Positions 1 through 9,289 of a DNA stretch of 53,177 bases are shown here, piece after piece. Position numbers and translations under genes: made by a program. Below the pieces are notes generated by a model, which saw only the letters and a list, made by a program, of their open reading frames with translations, ran no database searches and had not been told where the DNA came from. Source of the DNA: an uncultured Porphyromonadaceae bacterium (lineage in GTDB: Bacteria > Bacteroidota > Bacteroidia > Bacteroidales > Muribaculaceae); assembly GCA_900549445.1 (NCBI GenBank), contig UROS01000001.1, positions 1 to 53,177 on the forward strand. Direction: 5' to 3'. Positions within the stretch are counted from its first letter, which is position 1. Each line of letters opens with the position of its first letter.

Positions 1-393
1 ATGGTGATGCCCCGCCGCGAGAAGGTGGCGCGTGTGGCCGACGATATTCCGGCTCTCGAGGTTCTGGAGAATCCCGGGGCGGATACCCTTCTTGTAGGCT
101 GGGGAGGTACTTACGGCCACCTGCGCACTGCAGCGGCGGAACTCAATGCCGCGGGAGTCAAAGTGGATTTCGCCCACTTCCGCTATATCAACCCGCTGCC
201 GGCCAATACCGACGAGGTGCTCGCACGCTACAAGCGTGTTATAGTGGCGGAGCTCAACACGGGCCAGTTCGCCGACTATCTGCAATCGAAATTCCCGGGC
301 TGCCGGATAGAGCGCATCAACAAGATTCAGGGGCAGCCGTTTATGGTGAGCGAAATCGTTGAAAAAGTAACTGAAATTATGGAGGAAAAGTAA
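1..393 (+). CDS. korA: 2-oxoacid:acceptor (ferredoxin) oxidoreductase alpha subunit, C-terminal part (truncated by window edge)
   Basis: Motifs LLVGWGGTYG, YINPLP, VIVAELNTGQ and GQPF are typical of the alpha-subunit C-terminal domain; stop overlaps the beta-subunit start (TAATG). Confidence 0.9.
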   Translation: MVMPRREKVARVADDIPALEVLENPGADTLLVGWGGTYGHLRTAAAELNAAGVKVDFAHFRYINPLPANTDEVLARYKRVIVAELNTGQFADYLQSKFPGCRIERINKIQGQPFMVSEIVEKVTEIMEEK

Positions 394-1412
394 TGACGAC
401 GGAAAACGAAACTCAGTATAAGGCAAGCGATTACAAAAGTGCCCAGCCGCCTCGCTGGTGTCCGGGCTGCGGCGACCACGCCATTCTCAATTCGCTCCAT
501 AAGGCTATGGCTGCAGTAGGCGTTGCGCCACACAAGACGGCCGTAATTTCCGGCATAGGCTGCAGCTCGCGCCTTCCGTATTATATGAACACTTACGGTT
601 TCCATACCATCCACGGGCGTGCCGCAGCCATTGCGACAGGTTTCAAGGTGGCGCGCCCCGACATGACGGTATGGCAGATTTCGGGCGACGGCGACGGTCT
701 GGCCATCGGCGGAAACCATTTCATCCATGCCGTGCGCCGCAATGTAGACATAAACATTCTGCTGCTCAACAATAAGATCTACGGTCTTACCAAGGGTCAG
801 TATTCCCCCACGAGCGACCGCGGTTTCGTGTCGAAATCGTCGCCCTACGGCACCACGGAGGATCCGTTCATACCTGCGGAACTCGTGTTCGGCGCCCGCG
901 GCAATTTCTTTGCCCGCAGTATCGACGTGGAGCTTCAGATTTCGCAGGAAGTGCTCGCCGCCGCAGCGCGCCACCGCGGCACGTCGGTGGTTGAAATCCT
1001 GCAGAACTGCGTGATTTTCAACAACGGGATCCACAATTTCATCACCGACCGCGAAAGCCGCCCCGACCGCACCATACACCTCGTCCACGGCGAGAAGATG
1101 CTCTTCGGCAAGGATATGAACAAGGGTCTGGTGCAGGACGGATTCCTGCTGAAAGCCGTGACAATAGGTGAGGACGGGTATACGATGGACGACGTGCTTG
1201 TTCACGACGCGCATTGCCGCAGCAATTTCCTGCACCAGCAGCTCGCGATGATGGACGGCCACGACCTTCCGCTCGCCATCGGCATAATCCGCGACGTGGA
1301 TGCCCCCGTCTACAACGAGGAAATCGACGCTCAGGTGGCAGAAGTGCGCTCCCGCAAAAACTTCGGTTCGCTGCGCGATATGATTCTCGCGGGCGAAACC
1401 TGGACGGTGTGA
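393..1412 (+). CDS. korB: 2-oxoacid:ferredoxin oxidoreductase beta subunit (TPP-binding)
   Basis: WCPGCGD, SGIGCSS, GDGDG...GGNH and NNKIYGLTKGQYSPT motifs. Confidence 0.95.
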   Translation: MTTENETQYKASDYKSAQPPRWCPGCGDHAILNSLHKAMAAVGVAPHKTAVISGIGCSSRLPYYMNTYGFHTIHGRAAAIATGFKVARPDMTVWQISGDGDGLAIGGNHFIHAVRRNVDINILLLNNKIYGLTKGQYSPTSDRGFVSKSSPYGTTEDPFIPAELVFGARGNFFARSIDVELQISQEVLAAAARHRGTSVVEILQNCVIFNNGIHNFITDRESRPDRTIHLVHGEKMLFGKDMNKGLVQDGFLLKAVTIGEDGYTMDDVLVHDAHCRSNFLHQQLAMMDGHDLPLAIGIIRDVDAPVYNEEIDAQVAEVRSRKNFGSLRDMILAGETWTV

Positions 1413-1440
1413 CGATTCTCCCCATAAAGACATAATACCC

Positions 1441-1490
1441 GCGCCGGGATTCCGCGACACAAAATTGTATCGGAATCCCGGCGCTTTTTT
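1441..1490 (+). terminator. Intrinsic terminator after korB
   Basis: 14-bp stem GCGCCGGGATTCCG / CGGAATCCCGGCGC followed by TTTTTT. Confidence 0.85.
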
Positions 1491-1503
1491 ATGAAGAGGG
1501 ATT

Positions 1504-2277
1504 TTACCAAAATTTTCTTTTTCTTCTTCTGAAGCCTCGAAAACGAAAAAAACGGGGTAAATAACCTTTATGGGTTGGTTGCGGCGTGTCCCTGCCGTAA
1601 TATCGGGCAGATTCAATTTGTGAAGAAACAATCAGAGGGTTGTTCCCGTTTCCGACGGCCGCTGTGAATACGTTCATTATCTCATATTTATCACCATACA
1701 ATGCCGGAGGACGCCGCATAATTTCAGAAACTACGTATTCGATATGCCGGGGCTGTAATATATACGTATCCGGTGCTTTGCACGTAACCTTTTTGAGTTC
1801 GTTGTCGCCATAGAACACAATTACTGAATAAATCGGGATTTCTGGATTCCGGGGGAGACTCTGCCGGATAACATTTATGTGTCCGGAATTTTGCATTACC
1901 GGATTGTAGAAACGGTATTTGTCTTTACCGTATTTCATAATTTTTGTCCAGTATTGCTGATGTTCGTCTCCGAAAATCCAACCGCTGTACTCTTTTACCT
2001 CAAATACGATAATTCCCGCCTTAGTTGCCACGGCTACATCTATCTGTGTATACTCGCCGTTCGGCTTTTGAAGATACAGGTCGTGAAAGATACATTTAGG
2101 ATTGATGCCTGATTTTAATAAAGTCAAGACTAAACTTCGTTCCGATCGTTCGCCGCGGTTAAGGGGTGTGACGAGCCTGATTAACCGTAAATCATTGTTC
2201 CTTTTCCGTAATCGGTAAATAAGGTAAATGATAGCTGATATAAAACAAAAAACTATTATGGGTGAAGCAATATCCAT
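1504..2277 (-). CDS. NERD (nuclease-related domain) protein with N-terminal membrane anchor
   Basis: Hydrophobic N-terminus; GERSE, FHDLY, TQIDV, VFEVKEYSGWIFG and FYNPVMQN match the NERD PD-(D/E)xK-like pattern. Confidence 0.85.
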   Translation of the reverse strand: MDIASPIIVFCFISAIIYLIYRLRKRNNDLRLIRLVTPLNRGERSERSLVLTLLKSGINPKCIFHDLYLQKPNGEYTQIDVAVATKAGIIVFEVKEYSGWIFGDEHQQYWTKIMKYGKDKYRFYNPVMQNSGHINVIRQSLPRNPEIPIYSVIVFYGDNELKKVTCKAPDTYILQPRHIEYVVSEIMRRPPALYGDKYEIMNVFTAAVGNGNNPLIVSSQIESARYYGRDTPQPTHKGYLPRFFRFRGFRRRKRKFW

Positions 2278-2470
2278 TATAGGCCTGATAACGACTTAAG
2301 ATGATGACCGTCAGATAAAATCACAATATGCTGTATGCAACTTGCCTTGCAATATGCAAAATTAACAAAGATTCGGGAGTTTCTTCTATATCCTCATATA
2401 TAATATTCAGGAATTGATATTAATCGATGCCATTACCTTATAAAAAGGCGGTGTCATGGCTTCGCCGGGG

Positions 2471-2580
2471 TCGAGGCATCGCGGCTCCGCGGCTCGCCTC
2501 GATTTTCTTTGGGGGTGGCCTGTCCCACAGCTCCGCTTCGCTCCGCAGTGGGTTAGGGAGACATCGCGCCTCGCGGCGCT
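2471..2580. repeat. Cluster of GC-rich short hairpins, REP/MITE-like
   Basis: TCGAGGC...GCCTCGA, CCCAC-AGCTCCGCTTCGCTCCGCA-GTGGG and GCGCC-TCGC-GGCGC in an otherwise AT-rich intergenic region. Confidence 0.45.
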
Positions 2581-2716
2581 TTCTCGATATATTCGCGGCG
2601 GACGTGAAGAATCATACTGTGGTTTAAATAAAGATAGAATACAAAATGCCATTGCCATAACCACCGATGCACATTTTAATTTTGCAATTGCATAATAAAT
2701 GCTCATATACAGTGTG

Positions 2717-2830
2717 TTGCGGGGCGCTATATTTGGCGCCGCAGAATAAAAAGCATATTCCACCCGGAACAATATGATGCTGAAAGAAAATGCCCGGACT
2801 CTGCGGGCGCTAAATATAGCGCCCCTACAA
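2717..2830. repeat. Inverted pair of REP-like palindromes (REPIN-like)
   Basis: 2717-2745 TTGCGGGGCGCTATATTTGGCGCCGCAGA versus reverse complement of 2800-2830 TTGTAGGGGCGCTATATTTAGCGCCCGCAGA; the second copy has a GTAG foot followed by the hairpin GGGCGCTA-TATT-TAGCGCCC. Confidence 0.7.
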
Positions 2831-2970
2831 TATTCTTATTATCAATCATTTATTGTATTATCGCAACATCGCTATTGTCGGTGCTCACGCCGACAAAATT
2901 ATAATGTATTCGAGCCTAAGTAAACAGCATTGAATCACGTCTGTGCGACCGCAGGATATCAGTGCTTTGA

Positions 2971-5900
2971 CTATCTGATGACGACCTTTTCGACAGTGGA
3001 GCCGGTGCGGCGGATGTAAATGCCGGGGGCAAGAGAGGAGGGGTCGGCAATCCGAATGCCGTTGAGATCGTAGTAGACCGGTACGGTATTTTCGCCGATG
3101 ACCGCGGCTGAGACTCCGGAGTATTCTTTGCTTTCCATGGCGGAGATGAATGCGGGGTCGTAGGTTGTGGACATAGGCTGGCGGCCGTGGAGCGTGTAGT
3201 CGACTTTTACAGTGGGGAGTGTCTCTCCGTAGGAGTAAAGGCCTGATTCGGAAAGCGGGAGGACGTTGCCGTCGATTACGATTCTGTCGATAGTAAGATC
3301 TGAGTCTGTCGGTTTGATTTCCAAAAGTTTTTCTTTCGTATAGACAGAGAAATCCCACATTTCCTGCACGTTTTCCGAAATACCCGCGTCCTCATAAGCC
3401 TTTTTGCAAGCTCCTGGCACGTGGAGTAGCCCGGCTTCTACTCTGACCTTGACAGATGGCTCAGCAGACTGGAGGTAGGTGACGCTGCATAAGGGATTGA
3501 AACAATTGAATTCTATTTCATTATCAGAAGCGATATAAACGGGAAAACTCTGCGGGTATGAGGCACTTGTCACGGTGTTGTTGAATTCCTGGTTTGCCCA
3601 GGTGATCGGATACTTCTTACCGTCGTATTCAATGTGATCGGGGATAGTAAGCCAGGGATCAGCATCGAAATAGCGCCCGCTGAGACATGCGTAGCCGTCC
3701 ATTATGAGGTATCTGCATCCGTCATAATCAACGAATACGCCCGGGATTTCGTTGTCGGACTCTATAATCCTTTTGAATCCGTCCCAATAAGGTGCGTTTT
3801 CGTAAGCATCCTTTGACCCGACGGGGACAATGAGAGTAGTACGACTCCTTCGGTCTCCGCCCATGTTGAGAGCTCCGCAATCGGGAATAAGTTCGGCGGG
3901 AACGGGATTATTGATCCTGAGGAATTCGAGTTTAGCGCCGGCAAAACCGGAAATTGCCGACCATCCGTAGTCGGTGACTCCGGCCGGGATTTCAAGGTAT
4001 TCGATATTGCTGTGAGGGAGGGAGTAGTCGCCGAACCCCTTGAGTCCGGCGGGAAGTTTCAGAGATTCGAGCTCCCAGGCGCATGATTCATGCGACCGAG
4101 AGCCTGCACCGAAGGGAAGATAATCTGGCTGATTCATGATGTCGCCCACCAGAGTGCTTCCGCTGAGGTCGAGGTCAAGCAACACGTAGAGATTGTCGCA
4201 TATAAAAAGGATGTCGTCGGCATTGAGCGGGCCGCTGACTTTCAGGCTGACAATGTCGTGCCATTCCGATTCGTCGAGGATGGTGGAGAGGGTACCGGCT
4301 TCCGTTGTGGTTACGGTGCGGTGAAGCAGTTCGTCGTAGGGGCGGATATAAACATCCACGTTGTGAGTTGCGTTCATGGGTATAAAAGCTATTCCGATGC
4401 TTGAGAACTCATTGCCTGCGCTAAAGATTTTGTCGTCGACTGTGGCGTATACAACGGGACCGAGCGACTGGAGGTTGCAACCCCAGTAAGTTTCTCTCAG
4501 CACTTTGTCGGGACCGACATTTCTGTCTATCCGGCAGAGGCCGGCATCGCCATGAATATTGAAATTTATTGATGAGATATAAGGCGACTTGCCTTTAGCA
4601 GGACATGATGCCGGGGCTTCGACAGAGCCTCTCACGAATTTCCATCTGTCGGAGCCGTCTTCCTTCGCGACTATCTGCAGCCGCATGGAATCGTCGATGG
4701 GGCTGTTGAAACATAAATCGCGAATTATCTGCGGGTGATGGGCAACCCAACTGAATCCAAAGAGTTCGCTGTCGGTTGTGGCGTCGAATCTGATCCCCTT
4801 GTCGGGATTCACTTCTACGATGTTGTTGTCTTTGTCGACGAGAGCGATGGTTACCACACCGTTGAATTCATTGGGTGCGGTGGTTACACCGAAACTGATG
4901 TCGAAGGGTTCGCCGGGGGTGACGTCGACTGTTGTAAGGTTTATTCCGAGGCCTTTACCGGCAGTGCTCCAAAGGTAGCCGTAGTCGTTCCAAACGTCGG
5001 AGTATAGGTCGTTGTCGGTACCGGGGTAAATGTTTATCACAATTCCCTGGCTCTCGGTAAATTCGCCTGTGGCTTCTATGTCGAAGAATCCGTTTGCAAC
5101 GCCATCCCAGCCCCAGTTGATGTGGAAAAGACCGTTTTCGTCGTAACCGTCGCATACAAAAGTGTGGCCTTCGCCTAATTCCGTGTATGCGGAGGTAATT
5201 ACAGGGCAGTCGTTGTCGATCTGAGCGCGCAGCATGCCGATCCAGTCCTCTCCGGAGAAATTCGCTGCGGTGAGGTACTGTGCTTCGTGAGAGTAGCCGA
5301 AGTAGCGGAAGAGACCCTGCTGGATTACGAACGGCATTGCTCCCGACGCACCGAGGCCGTAGTTCATATTGACAGCCGCGCCGGCTGCCTGCATGAGTTT
5401 CGCCACTTCCTGCGCCTGTTGGTCGGTGTATTGTCCCTCTTCGAATTTGTCGGGCATGAGGTCGAAATCGAAAGTAGCCTTATCGAAGTCGAAATCGAGC
5501 CGGGCACCGTTCCATGGCCAGTCGTGATGACCTTTGGCCTGAAGGGGCCAGCGTTTGTAGTCCATGACGATGGCCATTGCGGTGGCGACGCAGCCGGTGA
5601 TGGTGCGTGTCCCGTCGATTTCGGGGCAATTCAGGTTATAGGGAGCGCCCTGACCCCATTCGGCGGTGGGAAGTACCTTGGCCTGCGCGGGGAGAGGGGC
5701 TGCTTTTGTCCATGAAGTGTGCGTGGGCTTGCCGGTGAGAACGCTGTCGGATTTCTCGGCTATACGCCTGAGAATTGCATTGAGCTGTGGCGGAACGGAG
5801 GTGGAATCGAAGCGGCCGCCGGTTGAGTAGCCAAGCACGCGGGGCATGCGGTCGTCGCCGCCGACGATCACGAAGCCTTTGTCGCCATCGAGGTTGAAAA

Positions 5901-6078
5901 TGTAGTATGGAGCGGCATGCGGTGAGGCGGCTGCAGCCTTTGGGGTTGCCGGTTTCTGTAATTCGGGGTTACCGCCGAATTCAGAAGCCACGCCGAGGGC
6001 GTCGGAAAGCGAAATTTGCCGAGCAGAGCCAGCAATGGCCGTGAGGGCGAGTATGAGCGAGAGGATTTTCTTAAGCAT
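2971..6078 (-). CDS. Secreted C10-family (streptopain/SpeB-like) cysteine protease with Spi-like propeptide, BspA-like LRR region and T9SS-type C-terminal domain
   Basis: Signal peptide MLKKILSLILALTAIAGSA (start moved to ATG 6078); propeptide YYIFN..GFVIVGGDDRMPRVLGYS; catalytic TGCVATAM (Cys), GHTFVCDGY (His), HINWGW; C-terminus YYDLNG..PGIYI..KVVIR. Confidence 0.88.
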   Translation of the reverse strand: MLKKILSLILALTAIAGSARQISLSDALGVASEFGGNPELQKPATPKAAAASPHAAPYYIFNLDGDKGFVIVGGDDRMPRVLGYSTGGRFDSTSVPPQLNAILRRIAEKSDSVLTGKPTHTSWTKAAPLPAQAKVLPTAEWGQGAPYNLNCPEIDGTRTITGCVATAMAIVMDYKRWPLQAKGHHDWPWNGARLDFDFDKATFDFDLMPDKFEEGQYTDQQAQEVAKLMQAAGAAVNMNYGLGASGAMPFVIQQGLFRYFGYSHEAQYLTAANFSGEDWIGMLRAQIDNDCPVITSAYTELGEGHTFVCDGYDENGLFHINWGWDGVANGFFDIEATGEFTESQGIVINIYPGTDNDLYSDVWNDYGYLWSTAGKGLGINLTTVDVTPGEPFDISFGVTTAPNEFNGVVTIALVDKDNNIVEVNPDKGIRFDATTDSELFGFSWVAHHPQIIRDLCFNSPIDDSMRLQIVAKEDGSDRWKFVRGSVEAPASCPAKGKSPYISSINFNIHGDAGLCRIDRNVGPDKVLRETYWGCNLQSLGPVVYATVDDKIFSAGNEFSSIGIAFIPMNATHNVDVYIRPYDELLHRTVTTTEAGTLSTILDESEWHDIVSLKVSGPLNADDILFICDNLYVLLDLDLSGSTLVGDIMNQPDYLPFGAGSRSHESCAWELESLKLPAGLKGFGDYSLPHSNIEYLEIPAGVTDYGWSAISGFAGAKLEFLRINNPVPAELIPDCGALNMGGDRRSRTTLIVPVGSKDAYENAPYWDGFKRIIESDNEIPGVFVDYDGCRYLIMDGYACLSGRYFDADPWLTIPDHIEYDGKKYPITWANQEFNNTVTSASYPQSFPVYIASDNEIEFNCFNPLCSVTYLQSAEPSVKVRVEAGLLHVPGACKKAYEDAGISENVQEMWDFSVYTKEKLLEIKPTDSDLTIDRIVIDGNVLPLSESGLYSYGETLPTVKVDYTLHGRQPMSTTYDPAFISAMESKEYSGVSAAVIGENTVPVYYDLNGIRIADPSSLAPGIYIRRTGSTVEKVVIR

Positions 6079-6105
6079 GGGATTATCTTTGAAAAGGTTA
6101 AAGTG

Positions 6106-6113
6106 CAAAGGTA
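6106..6113 (-). promoter_or_regulatory. Bacteroidetes sigma-A -7 element for the C10 protease
   Basis: TACCTTTG matches TAnnTTTG, 27 nt upstream of ATG 6078. Confidence 0.55.
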
Positions 6114-6186
6114 ATACCCAAAGGACGAAATTATACTTTTGCTTAATAAAATTAACTATTTTTAAGTCGGGAATCAGGAGGTGCAT

Positions 6187-6221
6187 ATAAGAACGGCCGA
6201 CACGCTGAAGCGCACCGGCCG
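6187..6221 (-). terminator. Intrinsic terminator after era
   Basis: Minus strand CGGCCGGTGCGC-TTCA-GCGTGTCGGCCG (with G-U pairs) then TTCTTA. Confidence 0.6.
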
Positions 6222-6255
6222 AAACAAATAATTCAGGGACGATTTTTTCGGAACC

Positions 6256-7140
6256 TTATTCGATGTAGCCGAAGTTGCGGAGTTTGTTTTCGCGGTTGCG
6301 CCAGTTGGGTTCGACTTTAACGAAAAGTTCGAGGTATACTTTCTTTCCGAAGAATTTCTCGATGTCTTTGCGGGCGTCGGTGCCGACGCGCTTGATTTTC
6401 TGTCCGGCGTGGCCGATTATGATGCCTTTCTGCGATTCGCGCTCCACGTAGATTACGGCCATGATGTGGATGGCGTTGTCTTTTTCCTCGAATTTCTCAA
6501 CGATCACCTCGACGGAATAGGGCACTTCCTTGTCGTATTCGAGAAGTATTTTCTCGCGGATTATTTCGGTGACGAAGAATCGTGCGGGCTTGTCGGTGAG
6601 GGCGTCTTTGCCGAAGTATGGGTCGCTGACGGGAAGTAGCTCGATAATCCGGTTCATGAGGTTGTCGACGTTGAAGTGCTCTTTTGCGGAGACGGGGAAT
6701 ATTTCGGCGGCGGGGAGCATTGTGCGCCATTTTTCGACGATTTTTTCGAGGTCGGCCTGGTCTTTAATGAGGTCGATTTTGTTGATGACGAGCAGGACGG
6801 GAACTTTCTCGGTGGCGACCTTTGCGAGGAAGTCGGCGTTTTTCGACGGGTCTTCGACCACGTCGGTTACGTAGAGGAGGACATCGGCGTCGACGAGGGC
6901 GCCTTCGCTGAAGCTGAGCATAGACTCCTGGAGTTTGTATTTCGGGGAGAGTACGCCGGGGGTGTCGGAGAAAACGATCTGGTAGTCGTCGGTGTTTACG
7001 ATGCCCATGATGCGGTGGCGCGTGGTCTGGGCCTTGGAGGTTATGATGCTTATGCGCTCGCCGACGAGGTCGTTCATGAGCGTTGATTTTCCCACGTTTG
7101 GGTTGCCTACTATGTTGACAAAGCCTGCTTTATGTTCCAT
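6256..7140 (-). CDS. era: GTPase Era
   Basis: GNPNVGKST, QTTR, DTPG, NKID and KH-domain GIIIG; start moved to MEHKAGF. Confidence 0.97.
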   Translation of the reverse strand: MEHKAGFVNIVGNPNVGKSTLMNDLVGERISIITSKAQTTRHRIMGIVNTDDYQIVFSDTPGVLSPKYKLQESMLSFSEGALVDADVLLYVTDVVEDPSKNADFLAKVATEKVPVLLVINKIDLIKDQADLEKIVEKWRTMLPAAEIFPVSAKEHFNVDNLMNRIIELLPVSDPYFGKDALTDKPARFFVTEIIREKILLEYDKEVPYSVEVIVEKFEEKDNAIHIMAVIYVERESQKGIIIGHAGQKIKRVGTDARKDIEKFFGKKVYLELFVKVEPNWRNRENKLRNFGYIE

Positions 7141-7231
7141 TTCGTTCGGTTTTTTGAATTGATGATATTCTATAAACAAAAATAGCACCTTAAAAGATGC
7201 TATTTCCGTTAAAATATTGCTTATTCCGGAA

Positions 7232-8215
7232 TCAGAGATCCCAGATAATGTACATTGCGCCCCAGGTGAACCCGGCTCCGAAGGCGGTGAGGATGATCTT
7301 GTCGCCTTTTTTGAGTTTGTCTTTGTATTCGTCGAGACAGAGGGGAATGGAAGCAGCGGAGGTGTTGCCGTAGTGTTCGATGTTTACGAGCACTTTTTCG
7401 GAGGCTATTCCTGCGCGTGATGAAACGGCTTCGATGATGCGGAGGTTTGCCTGATGGGGCACGAGCCAGTCGACGTCGTCCATGGTGAGGTTGTTGCGCT
7501 CAGCAACTTCGAGCGATGACTCGAGCATGTCGGTCACGGCATTTTTGTAAACGTTGCGGCCGTCCTGTATGACGAAATGCTGCTGGGCATCGATTGTTTC
7601 GTGGGAGGCAGGGAGTACGGAACCTCCGGCGGGCATGAGGAGGTGGTCGCGGCCTTCACCGTCGATGTGGAACACGCCGTCGATTACGCCGACTTTCTCT
7701 TCGGTGGGTTCGAGGAGCATGGCTCCGGCGGCGTCTCCGAAGAGGGGGCAGGTGGCGCGGTCGTTATAGTTGACCATCGACGACATTTTCTCAGCAGCGA
7801 CAATGACCACTTTCTTGCGGAGACCGGATTTAACGTAGGCGGAGCCGTCTTCGAGCGCAACGAGGAAACCTGCGCAGGCAGCCTGAATGTCGTAGGCGTA
7901 GGCATTTTTCATGCCGAGCTGGTGGGCGATTACGGATCCTGTAGAGGGGAAGCGGTAGTCGGGGTTTGAGGTGGCGCAGATGAGGAGGTCGACTTCTTCG
8001 GGTTTTGTGCCGGTTGACTCGAGGAGCCGTTCAACGGCTTTTACTCCGAGATAAGAGGAGCCGGCTCCGGGCACTTTGAGTATGCGGCGCTCCTTGATGC
8101 CGACACGGGTGGTGATCCACTCGTCGTTTGTGTCGACCATCTTAGATAGCATTTCGTTGTCGAGTATATCGTCGGGGGCATAGGAGGCTATGCCTGAAAT
8201 TCTCGCGTTGAGCAT
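7232..8215 (-). CDS. fabH: 3-oxoacyl-ACP synthase III
   Basis: AACAGF (Cys), PHQAN (His), GNTSAAS (Asn), FGAGFTWG. Confidence 0.97.
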   Translation of the reverse strand: MLNARISGIASYAPDDILDNEMLSKMVDTNDEWITTRVGIKERRILKVPGAGSSYLGVKAVERLLESTGTKPEEVDLLICATSNPDYRFPSTGSVIAHQLGMKNAYAYDIQAACAGFLVALEDGSAYVKSGLRKKVVIVAAEKMSSMVNYNDRATCPLFGDAAGAMLLEPTEEKVGVIDGVFHIDGEGRDHLLMPAGGSVLPASHETIDAQQHFVIQDGRNVYKNAVTDMLESSLEVAERNNLTMDDVDWLVPHQANLRIIEAVSSRAGIASEKVLVNIEHYGNTSAASIPLCLDEYKDKLKKGDKIILTAFGAGFTWGAMYIIWDL

Positions 8216-8401
8216 AGTTTGTTTGATTGGTTTGGTAAGGTTACAGCAAAAATGAACACCCCTGCAGCCGGTGCACGGAGACGTCGCCGGCGACTACATT
8301 GGTATTCAGATTTGCATGAATAAAACGATGGAGAAAAGAATCACTTTCTCCACTGCAGACTCTTTTCTGCTCCTCGCGGAGGATGCAGTTCAGATAGCCG
8401 A

Positions 8402-8587
8402 TCAGATGGCAGCCGATTTCTCGATAGCTATGTGTCCGCGGTAGTAGCCGCATTCACCGCATACAGTGTGGTAAATGTGCCATGCGCCGCAGTTGGGGCA
8501 TACGGCGATAGTGGGGGCTACAGCTTTGTCGTGGGTACGACGTTTTGCGGTACGGGTCTTTGATTGTTTGCGTTTAGGATGTGCCAT
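8402..8587 (-). CDS. rpmF: 50S ribosomal protein L32 (zinc-ribbon form)
   Basis: MAHPKRKQSKTRTAKRRTH, CPNCG...HTVCGECGYY; lies between yceD and fabH. Confidence 0.97.
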   Translation of the reverse strand: MAHPKRKQSKTRTAKRRTHDKAVAPTIAVCPNCGAWHIYHTVCGECGYYRGHIAIEKSAAI

Positions 8588-8622
8588 TGTACTTTATGAT
8601 TTTCTGTTATATTATTATTGTA

Positions 8623-9213
8623 TCAATCGTTTTCTTCTTCGTTGTTACCGCTGAGTTTGCGGAGGGAGTCCCAGCGGGGATCGGCGGGAGCGTCGGAGTC
8701 CATTGTCTCCATTTCGTCGATGAGGTTCTCTTCCATTTCGGCGTCCTCGTCGCCGGGACGGCGTGCGCGGTGCTTGCGGAGGATAGCGCTCATTGCGCTG
8801 TTGCACTTGCCCATCGGGTGGACATGCTTCATAGGCACGGCGAGCGAGGCTGTGTCGTAGATCATGTATGCCACGTTGAGCGAGTTGTCGCTTCCCGGAA
8901 TTATGAGAAGGTCGTCGTTGTCGTCGTTGTAATCGTCGCCGTATTTCACGTTGAGGTCATAGGTGGCTTCGATGGGCATGATGAGGTCGTCGAGACATCT
9001 GTCGCAGATGAGTGTGACAGTGCCGGAAATCACGAACGCGAGCTTGTAGAGGTCGTGCTTGTGAGTCACCGTCAGGCTGACGGTGAGGTCGGCATCATGT
9101 ATGTCGGCGCTTTCCATATTCGCGAAAAACTGTTTTCCGAGGTGGTACTCAAACTGATGGGTGCCTTCGGAAAGAGATTTCAACGGAACGCTATATTCGG
9201 TAAACTTTCCCAC
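8623..9213 (-). CDS. yceD: YceD/DUF177 family protein
   Basis: CDRCLD and DPRW..L motifs; directly upstream of rpmF; GTG start. Confidence 0.9.
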   Translation of the reverse strand: MGKFTEYSVPLKSLSEGTHQFEYHLGKQFFANMESADIHDADLTVSLTVTHKHDLYKLAFVISGTVTLICDRCLDDLIMPIEATYDLNVKYGDDYNDDNDDLLIIPGSDNSLNVAYMIYDTASLAVPMKHVHPMGKCNSAMSAILRKHRARRPGDEDAEMEENLIDEMETMDSDAPADPRWDSLRKLSGNNEEEND

Positions 9214-9239
9214 AATTCAGATTGGTTGAAAAAACTTTG

Positions 9240-9247
9240 CAAAATTA
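9240..9247 (-). promoter_or_regulatory. Sigma-A -7 element for yceD-rpmF
   Basis: TAATTTTG, 26 nt upstream of the start. Confidence 0.55.
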
Positions 9248-9289
9248 CAGAAAATCTTTTGCATAGCCAAATTATTGTGCTTTTTTCTG

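Noticed and set aside
327..1631. 434-aa minus-strand ORF
   Set aside because: Antisense shadow of korAB; no motifs; expected from GC-rich codon bias.
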